A DNA stretch of 64,000 nt from Armatimonadota bacterium (GTDB taxonomy: Bacteria > Armatimonadota > SYMT01), in contig JAWLHY010000002.1 in assembly GCA_041690135.1 (NCBI GenBank), positions 752,342 through 816,341 of the forward strand. The letters run 5' to 3'. The position numbers and the translations under genes are program-made. Shown one piece after another: positions 30,572-38,950 of the stretch (position 1 is its first letter; each line of letters opens with the position of its first letter). The notes under the pieces are model-generated. The model was given only the letters and a program-made list of their open reading frames with translations, was not told the DNA's origin and ran no database searches.

Positions 30572-31078
30572 TTACTCCTCGCGCTCCCCTTCGAGAATGG
30601 CGAAGTACTCTCTCCGCTGATCCTCCAACTCATTCCGGCGAACGTGCTTCTTGTGGAGGTTCCAACCCCTTTCCAGCACAACGCGTGCGGTTTGAGGGTC
30701 CCCGCGTTCCAGCAGTTCCTGAGCAATATGGCGGTGAATCGCGTAGTTGCCCGGATCCACGGCCAGAGCAACGTTCAGTTGCAGGAGGGCCTCTTCGCTC
30801 TTTCCGAGCCGCCGGTACGACTTGGCGGCGATGAGACGGAGTAGGCCGGAGTCCGGAGCGCAGTGGAGCAGCTCAGCGATCCACTGTTCCGCTTCCTCGG
30901 TACGACCCGCCTCTTGCGCATCGATGAGTTTCTGGCAGTAGTAAAGCGCCTCGTCCGGACGCCCGGCCACCTCTGTCGGCGTCATGGTTTTGAGTCCCTC
31001 CGTTTCCTGCTGCATCTGCACCATGCGCAGGTGGTAATCTTCTTCCGATTCCTGCCTCGCCCAGCGTGGAAGTCTCAT
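30572..31078 (-). CDS. Tetratricopeptide repeat protein
   Basis: A..Y..LG..EEAL..L..AL..DP.N pattern. Confidence 0.7.
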   Translation of the reverse strand: MRLPRWARQESEEDYHLRMVQMQQETEGLKTMTPTEVAGRPDEALYYCQKLIDAQEAGRTEEAEQWIAELLHCAPDSGLLRLIAAKSYRRLGKSEEALLQLNVALAVDPGNYAIHRHIAQELLERGDPQTARVVLERGWNLHKKHVRRNELEDQRREYFAILEGEREE

Positions 31079-31785
31079 AGCTCTCCCGTCCCCCAACGCT
31101 GAACTACCTGGGTGATGCGCTGGCACACCAGGGCAAACTCCCCCGGTGTAACCGCTTGATCACCGCGAAAGGTCCCGTCCGGATACCCCGAGAACAGACC
31201 CCTCCGTGCCTGGAGGCCGACGAGAGCGGCAGCCCGGTGATTCGGGGGGACATCTGGAAAGTCGACCGGCGTATTGTAGAAGTTCCCGAAGCTGAGGTTG
31301 GCCGCTCTGGCATTTCGCTGTTCCCGTTCGAGATTCACCGTCCATGACAGACGCTTTCCTCGTGCGGCCGACCAGGATTGCTTTACCACCCACTGGAGGG
31401 TCGAGGGTCCGCCCGCGAGGTGGGCGGGCATCTCCTCCTCACCCATCCGAATGGCCTCGAGATGTTTTTCCACCTCACGCATGTCCGCGGCCAGCAGTGT
31501 GATCAGGTGGCGCGTAATGGCCACAAACTCATACCGGCTCAGCGGCTGTCCCCCAGGCTTGCGCGGCACCTCGGCAGATATGCCGAAGGAGCCGAAACCC
31601 CGGAGCGCATCCGCGGCGAAGGGTTCGGAGTCGGCCGTCGCGTCGGGAGAGGGCTGTTCCCTTCGAAGGGCGGCGTCTGGTGATTTCTCTTGCGTGGTAG
31701 CCTGAGCACCTGACTCCGATTGTGATGGCCGAAGTACTACTGCGCCGAGCACGAGTATGATGCCTAACGTGCGCGCAGCGACCAT
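31075..31785 (-). CDS. Secreted S-layer homology (SLH) domain protein
   Basis: FPDVPPNH.A...V..A.RGL.SGYPDGTFRGDQ.VT..EFA. Confidence 0.8.
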   Translation of the reverse strand: MVAARTLGIILVLGAVVLRPSQSESGAQATTQEKSPDAALRREQPSPDATADSEPFAADALRGFGSFGISAEVPRKPGGQPLSRYEFVAITRHLITLLAADMREVEKHLEAIRMGEEEMPAHLAGGPSTLQWVVKQSWSAARGKRLSWTVNLEREQRNARAANLSFGNFYNTPVDFPDVPPNHRAAALVGLQARRGLFSGYPDGTFRGDQAVTPGEFALVCQRITQVVQRWGTGEL

Positions 31786-31873
31786 GGCGTTTCCTCCGAT
31801 TCACGGCTGCGTGTTATGTACTCCGAAGTGGCCCGAAGAAGTGGGCAGCCGTCCGCCAGTGGTCTTGCCGGTC

Positions 31874-32389
31874 TTATGCACCGAAGCCAAGCACCCAACC
31901 CTCGTGTCGATCGGCAAGGGAGTTGGGGCACTCCGCATACCCCTCGAGAGCCTCGCGGGCGGCTTCGGGGGACCCATCGCCCGTCCCCAGCACCTGGAGC
32001 ATTCTCGCGAACCTTCGGGCGTATCCGAGATCATCTCCATCGATGATTTCGGAGGGGTCCATCAGCAGGAAGCGTCCCGGCCGTTCCGAAATCGTCGCCG
32101 CAAACTCGTCCAGGCGTTCGCGACGGATCCGGCCTTCGACCACCGCCAGCAGCAGGGGCACTCGGGCGAGGAATAGCTTTACCGCCGCTTTCTTCTCCGC
32201 CGAGAACCGGACCTCCCACCAGGAGCTACCGGCGTGGTGTACGCGGACCAGGCGGACGTCTTCCAAACGGAAGAAAAAGAACCACGCCATGGGAATGTTC
32301 CACCGGGAGTCGCAGTACTCCTCATCCACGTGGGGTCTCTTCCACTCGTTGGACCGCTCCGACGTATAGAGATAGGCGCTGTTTGCCAT
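31874..32389 (-). CDS. Hypothetical protein
   Basis: MAN..YLY...IP..WF N-terminus; co-oriented gene run. Confidence 0.55.
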   Translation of the reverse strand: MANSAYLYTSERSNEWKRPHVDEEYCDSRWNIPMAWFFFFRLEDVRLVRVHHAGSSWWEVRFSAEKKAAVKLFLARVPLLLAVVEGRIRRERLDEFAATISERPGRFLLMDPSEIIDGDDLGYARRFARMLQVLGTGDGSPEAAREALEGYAECPNSLADRHEGWVLGFGA

Positions 32390-32472
32390 CTGCGGACTCG
32401 CCTGCTTTCCGATTTCGGAGCTCTCTCACTGCTGGTATCCGGCAGTTACCAACTCCCCGTTTGCTCCTCCCG

Positions 32473-32796
32473 TCAGGATAGGCCGTACTCACGATTCAGG
32501 TCCAGCAGGTAGTGACCATACACCTCGTCCGCTCGCAGGTCCACCACCACGACCAGGTAAACGTTCGCCGTCCGGGTCATGACCAGTGCGTGATCGAAGC
32601 GCCCATCGGCGCTCCTGTAGGCGGCTTCCACAGTCCCGTCATCCACGCTGTGGCCGGCCAGGTCCAGGGCCGGGACCGACTCCACATAGGGCCAGATGTC
32701 CAGCACCTCCTCCACGCTGTCCGTTATATTCCGCATGGGCTCTGGGAAGGTGGCGAGGAACTGCTCTTCGGTTAATCGCCGGGTAGGCATACTCAT
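32473..32796 (-). CDS. Hypothetical protein
   Basis: Acidic 107-aa ORF ending GH.LLDLN.EYG. Confidence 0.65.
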   Translation of the reverse strand: MSMPTRRLTEEQFLATFPEPMRNITDSVEEVLDIWPYVESVPALDLAGHSVDDGTVEAAYRSADGRFDHALVMTRTANVYLVVVVDLRADEVYGHYLLDLNREYGLS

Positions 32797-32800
32797 GACT

Positions 32801-33382
32801 CTACTCGCCCTCCGTAACGGGCCACTCCAGAGGAAACCGACCGGGATGCCGGGCGTGCCACGCGTAGTAGAGAATCGGGGTCAGCGTCCAGAAGCGCACC
32901 GTGCGATACTCACCGTCTGCCGGATCGGTCCATTCTTCACCTGGACCGAGTTCACCGATGAGCTCCCCCATCTGCTCGATCTCTCGGTATACCTCTCTCT
33001 GCCGGTCCCAACCTTCCGTTCCATGTCGGAACTCCGCCAGCAGCAGCGACGGCAGCAAGGGCACGGCAGAGGGGCGATCATCACCTTCCCACTCCCAAAG
33101 CCCATATGCCGCGGGATTGCTGCCCCGCATCGCGACCCAGAGGAAGTTGAACCGGGCGGGGCTGATGGAACTCACCGACAGGCACGACTCCTTGAGAGGC
33201 TCCCCTGTCAGCTCACCCCACCGGTCGCCGGGGAATTCCCGACTGTATTTCGCGGCTGAGCCCCCAGGCCAGGGCGGTCGCGAGCAGACGATCTGCCGCG
33301 CGGCCTTGCCGTCGTCGTCGAGTTCCAGGAACTCCACCCAGGTCCGGGGATCTTCGCCGCATACTCTTCGGATGTGCCGCAT
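32801..33382 (-). CDS. Hypothetical protein; start uncertain
   Basis: W.EFLELDDDG.A.RQ, Trp-rich acidic ORF. Confidence 0.45.
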   Translation of the reverse strand: MRHIRRVCGEDPRTWVEFLELDDDGKAARQIVCSRPPWPGGSAAKYSREFPGDRWGELTGEPLKESCLSVSSISPARFNFLWVAMRGSNPAAYGLWEWEGDDRPSAVPLLPSLLLAEFRHGTEGWDRQREVYREIEQMGELIGELGPGEEWTDPADGEYRTVRFWTLTPILYYAWHARHPGRFPLEWPVTEGE

Positions 33383-33732
33383 ACCCACTCCTGAAAGAGT
33401 GGCCGGTGGACAGTCGCATTGAGCGATCACGCCAGACGGATCGCACACCACACCGCCGCCTGGCCCCGTACCCTTCACCGGCCGAGTGCCCCACCATTGC
33501 CTACCACTGCTTGCAGCAGGTCGCCCAGTGCATCCGAGAGGTAAGAAGCCGTCACACGCGCCTGCTGTTCGCCTACTTCCAACAGGCACTCCGCCCAGCT
33601 GGCCCCGATCAGATTGTAGGTGACGGAAACAGCCATCCTTCTTGCTAGCGTTCTGGTAGCCCATTTTCCGCGTTCTTTCGCGTGTTCCGCGGGCAAGAAC
33701 GGTCCCAATTCCGCGGTCAGGCCTTGAGTGAT

Positions 33733-34392
33733 TCAGTCGCTGTCTGGGCAGCGGTTTGCCAGCAGTTCACCGTAAACCCACTCCAGGGTCTCGGGGATGC
33801 TCCGCAGCCGGTTGGCCTCACTCGTTTCGTGGGAGAGCCAGCCGGCGCGGCCGTCGAGCGTGTAGATGAGCATGTCCCCTCCCGGGCTCCAGCCGAAGAT
33901 GTAGGTCCGGCTCGGATCGACGGGCGCGTCCTCGCACAGGTGCGGGTACGACGTGAGACGGGAGTGCCCCAGGGCTCCTTCCAGGCCGCCGGCCATCCCG
34001 AAGCCCATCCAGTCCACGTGGCCGACGATCCGGTAGTACGCGGCGAGATCCGGGGGAAAGTGCTTGGGCAGGTGCTCCGCGGAGGGCGGCCCCACTTCGG
34101 CCCCGCGGATGCCGGGCGCGGAGAACTCGAAGCCCGCGCGCGCCAGCCCGTAAGGAGTCTCGTGCAGGTTCAAACGCCAGCGGCCGTTCTCGGTCATCGC
34201 GCGGAACCAGGCCTGCATCTGGGGACCCAGGGCTCCCTCCGCGACCCGCTGCATCGCGGCGTTCGGGTCGCGCCACCAGGCCTCCACCTCCGGGGTAATC
34301 AGGTACCGGTAGGCTTCCGGAACGGCTCCCAGGTCATCGCCCGGATGCAGGACGACCTGAACGCCTTCGTCCTCGTCTTCGAAGACCTCCAT
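33733..34392 (-). CDS. SMI1/KNR4-like protein
   Basis: FP.DLAAYY...G, FG....GD.L.Y..DG...W.SHE. Confidence 0.6.
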   Translation of the reverse strand: MEVFEDEDEGVQVVLHPGDDLGAVPEAYRYLITPEVEAWWRDPNAAMQRVAEGALGPQMQAWFRAMTENGRWRLNLHETPYGLARAGFEFSAPGIRGAEVGPPSAEHLPKHFPPDLAAYYRIVGHVDWMGFGMAGGLEGALGHSRLTSYPHLCEDAPVDPSRTYIFGWSPGGDMLIYTLDGRAGWLSHETSEANRLRSIPETLEWVYGELLANRCPDSD

Positions 34393-34471
34393 AGTGTCCC
34401 TCGCGATTGCGCAGCCTCTTCCCTCTTCTTGGCGCTCTTGGCGCACCCCTGTGGGGCGTAAATCTTGGCGG

Positions 34472-34915
34472 TTAGACCCGGCCGCCGCCCAGCAGTTCCA
34501 GCGTGCGGCGGTCCGGCCGGCCCTGGAAGTAGCGGTCCAACAACCGGTGGAACACGGAGCCCTCGGGCGATGCCTGGGCGAACAGCGTGGCCGACGACCG
34601 CAGCTTCTGCTCGTCGGTCGCGCCGAAGATGTCGCGGGCGGAACGTCCCTCGACCTGCAACGCCGCCTCCGCGCACTCCCGCAGCCGCGGCCCGAGCACG
34701 GGGTGCTCCAGGTACGCCCGCGCTTCCGCCAGGCTCCGGATCGCATAGCGTTTCGACATCGTGCTGAACCCCAGCCCCTCGATCTGCGGGAAGATGTACC
34801 ACATCCAGTGCGAGACCTTGAGGCCGCCCCGGATCTCGGAGAGGGCCTGCGCGTACACCCCTTCCTGCGCCTCGGTAAAGCGGTGTAGGTCGTAGGGATC
34901 GTTGGTGCTGCTCAT
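34472..34915 (-). CDS. DUF1810 family protein
   Basis: DL.RF..AQ...Y..AL.E...G.K.SHWMWYIFPQI.GLG.S; AAAGGA upstream. Confidence 0.9.
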   Translation of the reverse strand: MSSTNDPYDLHRFTEAQEGVYAQALSEIRGGLKVSHWMWYIFPQIEGLGFSTMSKRYAIRSLAEARAYLEHPVLGPRLRECAEAALQVEGRSARDIFGATDEQKLRSSATLFAQASPEGSVFHRLLDRYFQGRPDRRTLELLGGGRV

Positions 34916-35419
34916 CGATGTTCCTTTCGGTACTCTCTGTCGCATCATCGAATACCAGGCGCGCCTGGCAACTCGCCTGCCCGCAAACGCGGGTGTGTCT
35001 TTCCCGTCGCGCCGTCTTCTGGGGCTGGATGCGTTACTCGCGGTAGCATCGCCCCAGAAGGCGCATAGATCCTCCCAGGCCGCGCGAGACCTCGGTCCGA
35101 GCCACGGTTCGAAAACGGCCATCCCAAAGGCCTGGTGGGAGGCCGTGTTCTGGATACCCTCCAGCAATCCGACCACAATCAGTTCCTGCACCTGCTCATC
35201 GCTCTCCGCCAGGCAGCGCTCCACCAGTTCAAACACCCCAGGGAACTCGGAGGTATCGCCAGCCGCGAAGCGATCGACCAGGTGATGGGCCACGACCGAA
35301 ATGTCGTTGTAGTGTCCACGCACCGGTTCGTCTTCCCAGAACTCCAGGTGCCTTTCCCATCGCGGCGTGACTCCTGGACATACCGCAAGGAACCCCGGTA
35401 CCACCTCATCAACGGTCAT
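34916..35419 (-). CDS. Hypothetical helical protein with no stop before the DUF1810 gene
   Basis: F.LVE.CL...D..V..L..VGLLEGIQN; frame continues into 34915. Confidence 0.6.
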
Positions 35420-36192
35420 CCCGCAATGCCGGCGTTGGTGGGTCCCTCCGACAGCGTGCCGCTGACCTGGATGACGTGGCCCCAGAAGAGACCGCCGTCG
35501 TCGTAGGTGAACTCGAACGCTCCATCCGGGTAGACGACGATTGATTCCAGGCTCATCCGCTCCACGAACTGCTCCGGAGTGAGCTCTTCCTCACCTTCGT
35601 CCTCGTCCAGCCAGGTGTCGTTCTTCAGGTCCAGCAGCTCCTCCACGGCGTAGTCCCGCACCCGCTGCTCCCACTGTTCCTGCTGGTCCCACAGGCTGCG
35701 CGCATGCCGGAACAACATGCCTTCGTCTGGGCTGTCGTCGCGCGAAAGGCACAGTTGCACGGGACGCGAGTTCCACTCGAAGGTCTTCTCGTACCAGTTC
35801 AGGCTCCGGTCGAGCTCCAGGGTCCCGAAGAAGGGGTCTTCCACCGTCACCGCCTTCTGGAGATCCGCGGCGCGCTGGTTCAGCTCGGCATCCGCCGGCT
35901 CCTTACCGAGAACTTCCAGGAGGTGGGCGTTCAGCGTGGTGGGGTCGGAAGGATCGTCCGTGAGCTCGACCCGCAGGCGGAGGATGTCGTAGGGCTCAAT
36001 GCTGTCCATCAACTCGTCCAGCCGCGCTTGCGAGAGGCGCGGCTGACTGACGAAGAGACTGCGTTCGTCCACCCCGCCGTCCGGACGGCGCCAGGGCTGG
36101 AGCGAGAAGTGAAGGGTCCACTCCTCCTCCCCTCCCGCGCGACCGCCTCCCGGTCCGGGCGGGTAGACGATACCGGTGATTTCAACGGCCAT
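35416..36192 (-). CDS. DUF2262 domain protein
   Basis: D..FG...LDR...WY, LL.L.N..W, F...Y.DG.LF.GH.I.V.G. Confidence 0.8.
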   Translation of the reverse strand: MAVEITGIVYPPGPGGGRAGGEEEWTLHFSLQPWRRPDGGVDERSLFVSQPRLSQARLDELMDSIEPYDILRLRVELTDDPSDPTTLNAHLLEVLGKEPADAELNQRAADLQKAVTVEDPFFGTLELDRSLNWYEKTFEWNSRPVQLCLSRDDSPDEGMLFRHARSLWDQQEQWEQRVRDYAVEELLDLKNDTWLDEDEGEEELTPEQFVERMSLESIVVYPDGAFEFTYDDGGLFWGHVIQVSGTLSEGPTNAGIAG

Positions 36193-36588
36193 GGACGAGT
36201 TCTCCTGAAGGGCGGGGGGTGGGGTTCTGCTCCGGGTTGCGAACAGTCGCCGGCCTAACTGGCCTCACAGCGACTGGTGCCAGCATCACTTTACCGCAGC
36301 TTCTTACTTGCATCCAAGCCGGTGATTAGGCGCCGTCAAGGAATAACCGCTACGTTCTTCCCAGCCGACGGAGGCGGGCGCCCTCTGGGCAGTCGCTGTT
36401 TGTAGCCGCGAGTTCACTCGCCCAACTGTAGCAGTTGTTGTTGGACCGTCCCTTGGCGGTGCGAGACCATCCGATAGGCATGTGTCGGCGAGGGAAAGGA
36501 AGGTTGCCTGGCAGGAGCGAATGTACTCCCAATCACCACGGATGCAGGACCCATCGGTCTGCAACCTGTCAACGGCCGGGAGAGCGCG

Positions 36589-37674
36589 ATGTCGGAAGAA
36601 GCGGAGACCCACGGGCGGTCACGGCGCCTCCTGCTCCAATGGGCCCTGCATACCGCGTTAGGCGGGCTAACGGCCGCTGCCCTGGCCGCAGAAGTGGGGC
36701 TTCCGGAGCATGAGAAACCCGTGGGTCGGCGGGTGCCGCCGGAAGTCGCGACTCTCGGATACCTTCACCGGGAGTGCGGCTTCTCATTCTCCTTCCCACC
36801 GGGTAAGTTCAGCGACCGCCGGAAGGATAACCGGCGCGACATGGCCCGGGCCACCTGGGAGATTCCCGGTCTCCTTCGCGACACGTTCCGCCGGCTCCAG
36901 GCTCCCCCTTGGGCGGCGACCCGGTGGACGATCCGGGACGATGCCGAGCGACGCCGGTTGGCAACCCTCGCCGACCCGGATCGGCTGCGGAAAGCACTGG
37001 CCTGGTTCGAGCCACTGCTGACGGAGTTCGCGGCCGAACTGGAGCCGTTGGGAGGGAACGCCGCGCGCCGGGACCGCCTGCGCGCCGAGGTCCGCGGCTG
37101 GAGTGAGGAGGCGGAAACTCTGGCGGCACGGGTCCGCAAGCACACCGGCCTCCCGACCCCGCGGGTTCCGGGTGAAAAGGAGGTAGAGCGTACGGTTTTC
37201 CAGGACCTTTCGGTGTACCACCCTGCCTATGCCGCTCTTACCTGGTTGGAGCAGAAAGGGCACTTCACCGGCTATCCGGAGCACACCTTCGACAGCCGGC
37301 GAGCGCTCACCCGGTACGAGCATTCCATGGCGCTTCACCGGATGGTTCAATCTCTTAAACGCGTGATCGTTCAGCTTCCCGGCGGTGCTCCGCATACCCT
37401 CGGTAAAGTGGCGCTCGCATCCGGAAGTAGGGTCGTCTGTTCTCCCGGACCGACAGGAGTGCTCCCCGGTATCGAGCGGGAAGCCCAGATCCGTGCGGCC
37501 CTGGCGCGGGAGTCGGGGCTGCGCGGCTTGCTCATCTGGCTTCGCCCACTGGTGGTGGAGTTCTCCGGAGAGCTGGCACTCCTGGGGAGTGACGTACAGC
37601 AAACCCGCGCCGATCTCGACGCGTGGGAGCAGAACGCGGCGGAGATCAGCGCCCGCGCTCGCGTGCGGCGGTAA
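36589..37674 (+). CDS. Exported protein with SLH-like domain(s)
   Basis: SRRLLL twin-Arg-like leader; FQD....HPAY.AL..L...G.FTGYP..TF...RALTRYE. Confidence 0.7.
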   Translation: MSEEAETHGRSRRLLLQWALHTALGGLTAAALAAEVGLPEHEKPVGRRVPPEVATLGYLHRECGFSFSFPPGKFSDRRKDNRRDMARATWEIPGLLRDTFRRLQAPPWAATRWTIRDDAERRRLATLADPDRLRKALAWFEPLLTEFAAELEPLGGNAARRDRLRAEVRGWSEEAETLAARVRKHTGLPTPRVPGEKEVERTVFQDLSVYHPAYAALTWLEQKGHFTGYPEHTFDSRRALTRYEHSMALHRMVQSLKRVIVQLPGGAPHTLGKVALASGSRVVCSPGPTGVLPGIEREAQIRAALARESGLRGLLIWLRPLVVEFSGELALLGSDVQQTRADLDAWEQNAAEISARARVRR

Positions 37675-38010
37675 GAACACGTAATGGCCGAGGATTTCGA
37701 TATCGGGGAATACGAACTCTGGCTGCAGGATCCTGGTCCGCGCCACGCTGCGGCGAAATCCATGACTGCTTGGGGGTTATCGTAACGTGCTGCTTCACAA
37801 CCGTGAATGCGGTACCCGTATTCCACAAGAGCGACCTCGTTCTGGGTACGGGATCCCCCTTCTCTGCGTCGGAGAAGGGGGTGGGGGGATGAGGTTACTG
37901 TGGTCACCGCACCCGCCAGTGTTAACGTACTTGTGGGCTGTCGTCTTGGCGGTTGGACTGTGCAGGTGCTAGTCCATTGGATCGTGCAAAAGGGTGGGGA
38001 GGTAAGTGTA

Positions 38011-38469
38011 TTGAGACTGGCAGAGGCCCTGGTATTGCGGGCGGATGTCCGCAAACGAATCGAGCAGGTGCGGGAGCGCCTGAAGCTGTCGGCGCTGGTG
38101 CAGGAGGGGGAGGAGCCGCCGGAAGACCCGCAAGAGCTGCTGGCGGAGCTGGATCGCTTACTGAATGAGCTGACCGCCCTGGTCCGCCGGATCAACCGGA
38201 CCAACCTGGAGGCAAGCCTCGCGGACGGGCGCACCCTCACGGACGCCCTGGCGGAGCGGGACACGCTGGCGATCTACCATAACGTTTTGCAGACCACGGC
38301 GGAGGCCGCCAGCCCGAAGCTGGACCGCATGGCCCGTGCGGAGATCCGGAAGGTGCCCACCGTGAAGGTGGCGGACCTCCGGAAGCAGGTCGATGAGGTG
38401 GCGCGCCGCCGCCGGGAGCTAGACACGCAGATCCAGGCGGCGAACTGGACCACCGATCTGCTGGACTGA
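38011..38469 (+). CDS. DIP1984-family helical protein
   Basis: GGAGG then TTG; RLAEAL.LRAD..KRIEQ..ERL...A.VQEGE.P.EDP..LL...RINRTN...LTDALAERD.L...D...R..R.LD..IQ.ANW.TDL. Confidence 0.9.
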   Translation: MRLAEALVLRADVRKRIEQVRERLKLSALVQEGEEPPEDPQELLAELDRLLNELTALVRRINRTNLEASLADGRTLTDALAERDTLAIYHNVLQTTAEAASPKLDRMARAEIRKVPTVKVADLRKQVDEVARRRRELDTQIQAANWTTDLLD

Positions 38470-38723
38470 TCCTCCCGCAATTGGGAGCACAAGCAGGTAG
38501 CCGGGAAAGCCGAGAGCCGGGGCACGAGGCGGCGACTGCCCGAGTCGCATCCTGGTCATCCCGAGGAGCCATGGGATGAGGAGGGTTCAAATCCCTCTGT
38601 GCACCGTTACGCTCAGCACCGTTACAGCGGCACCGAGCATCGCGCACTGTCACTACCACGTGCCAGCTACGGCGGACCCGGCGAGGGTGGGATTGGGGTT
38701 TCTTGTGCCCCCGAGAGGATCAG
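38466..38723 (+). ncRNA. Candidate structured ncRNA with tRNA T-arm mimic and internal repeat array
   Basis: 5'/3' complementary ends, nested helices, GAGGG-TTCAAAT-CCCTC arm, four GCACYG-type repeats, followed by a terminator. Confidence 0.65.
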
Positions 38724-38728
38724 AAAGC

Positions 38729-38763
38729 AGAACAGCCAACCCGCTGGGGGTTGGCTGTTCTTT
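38729..38763. terminator. Intrinsic terminator, probably bidirectional
   Basis: AGAACAGCCAACCC-GCTGG-GGGTTGGCTGTTCT + TT, between convergent DIP1984/RNA and tRNA. Confidence 0.8.
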
Positions 38764-38764
38764 A

Positions 38765-38841
<77 letters not shown>

Positions 38842-38873
38842 TCATCTCCGCTCCGGTTTCCCGGTGCGACCGT

Positions 38874-38902
38874 ATAGTAACACAGTCCCGGAGGGGAGTC
38901 AA
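38874..38902 (-). promoter_or_regulatory. Sigma70-type promoter of tRNA-fMet copy 1
   Basis: TTGACT-N17-TACTAT on minus strand. Confidence 0.75.
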
Positions 38903-38950
38903 ATCGAGCCGCATTGGCTCATGCGTAAGGAGCCGTGAGAGGTACTCTGT

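Noticed and set aside
36253-36331. attC-like GCCTAAC...TTAGGC pair
   Set aside because: No recognisable L boxes or internal complementarity.
38521-38600. Canonical tRNA or tRNA-Sec gene
   Set aside because: Only the T-arm is canonical; no acceptor stem with CCA and no 7-nt anticodon loop.
38601-38653. CRISPR array
   Set aside because: Repeats are 10 nt with 4-5 nt spacers and there are no cas genes in the window.
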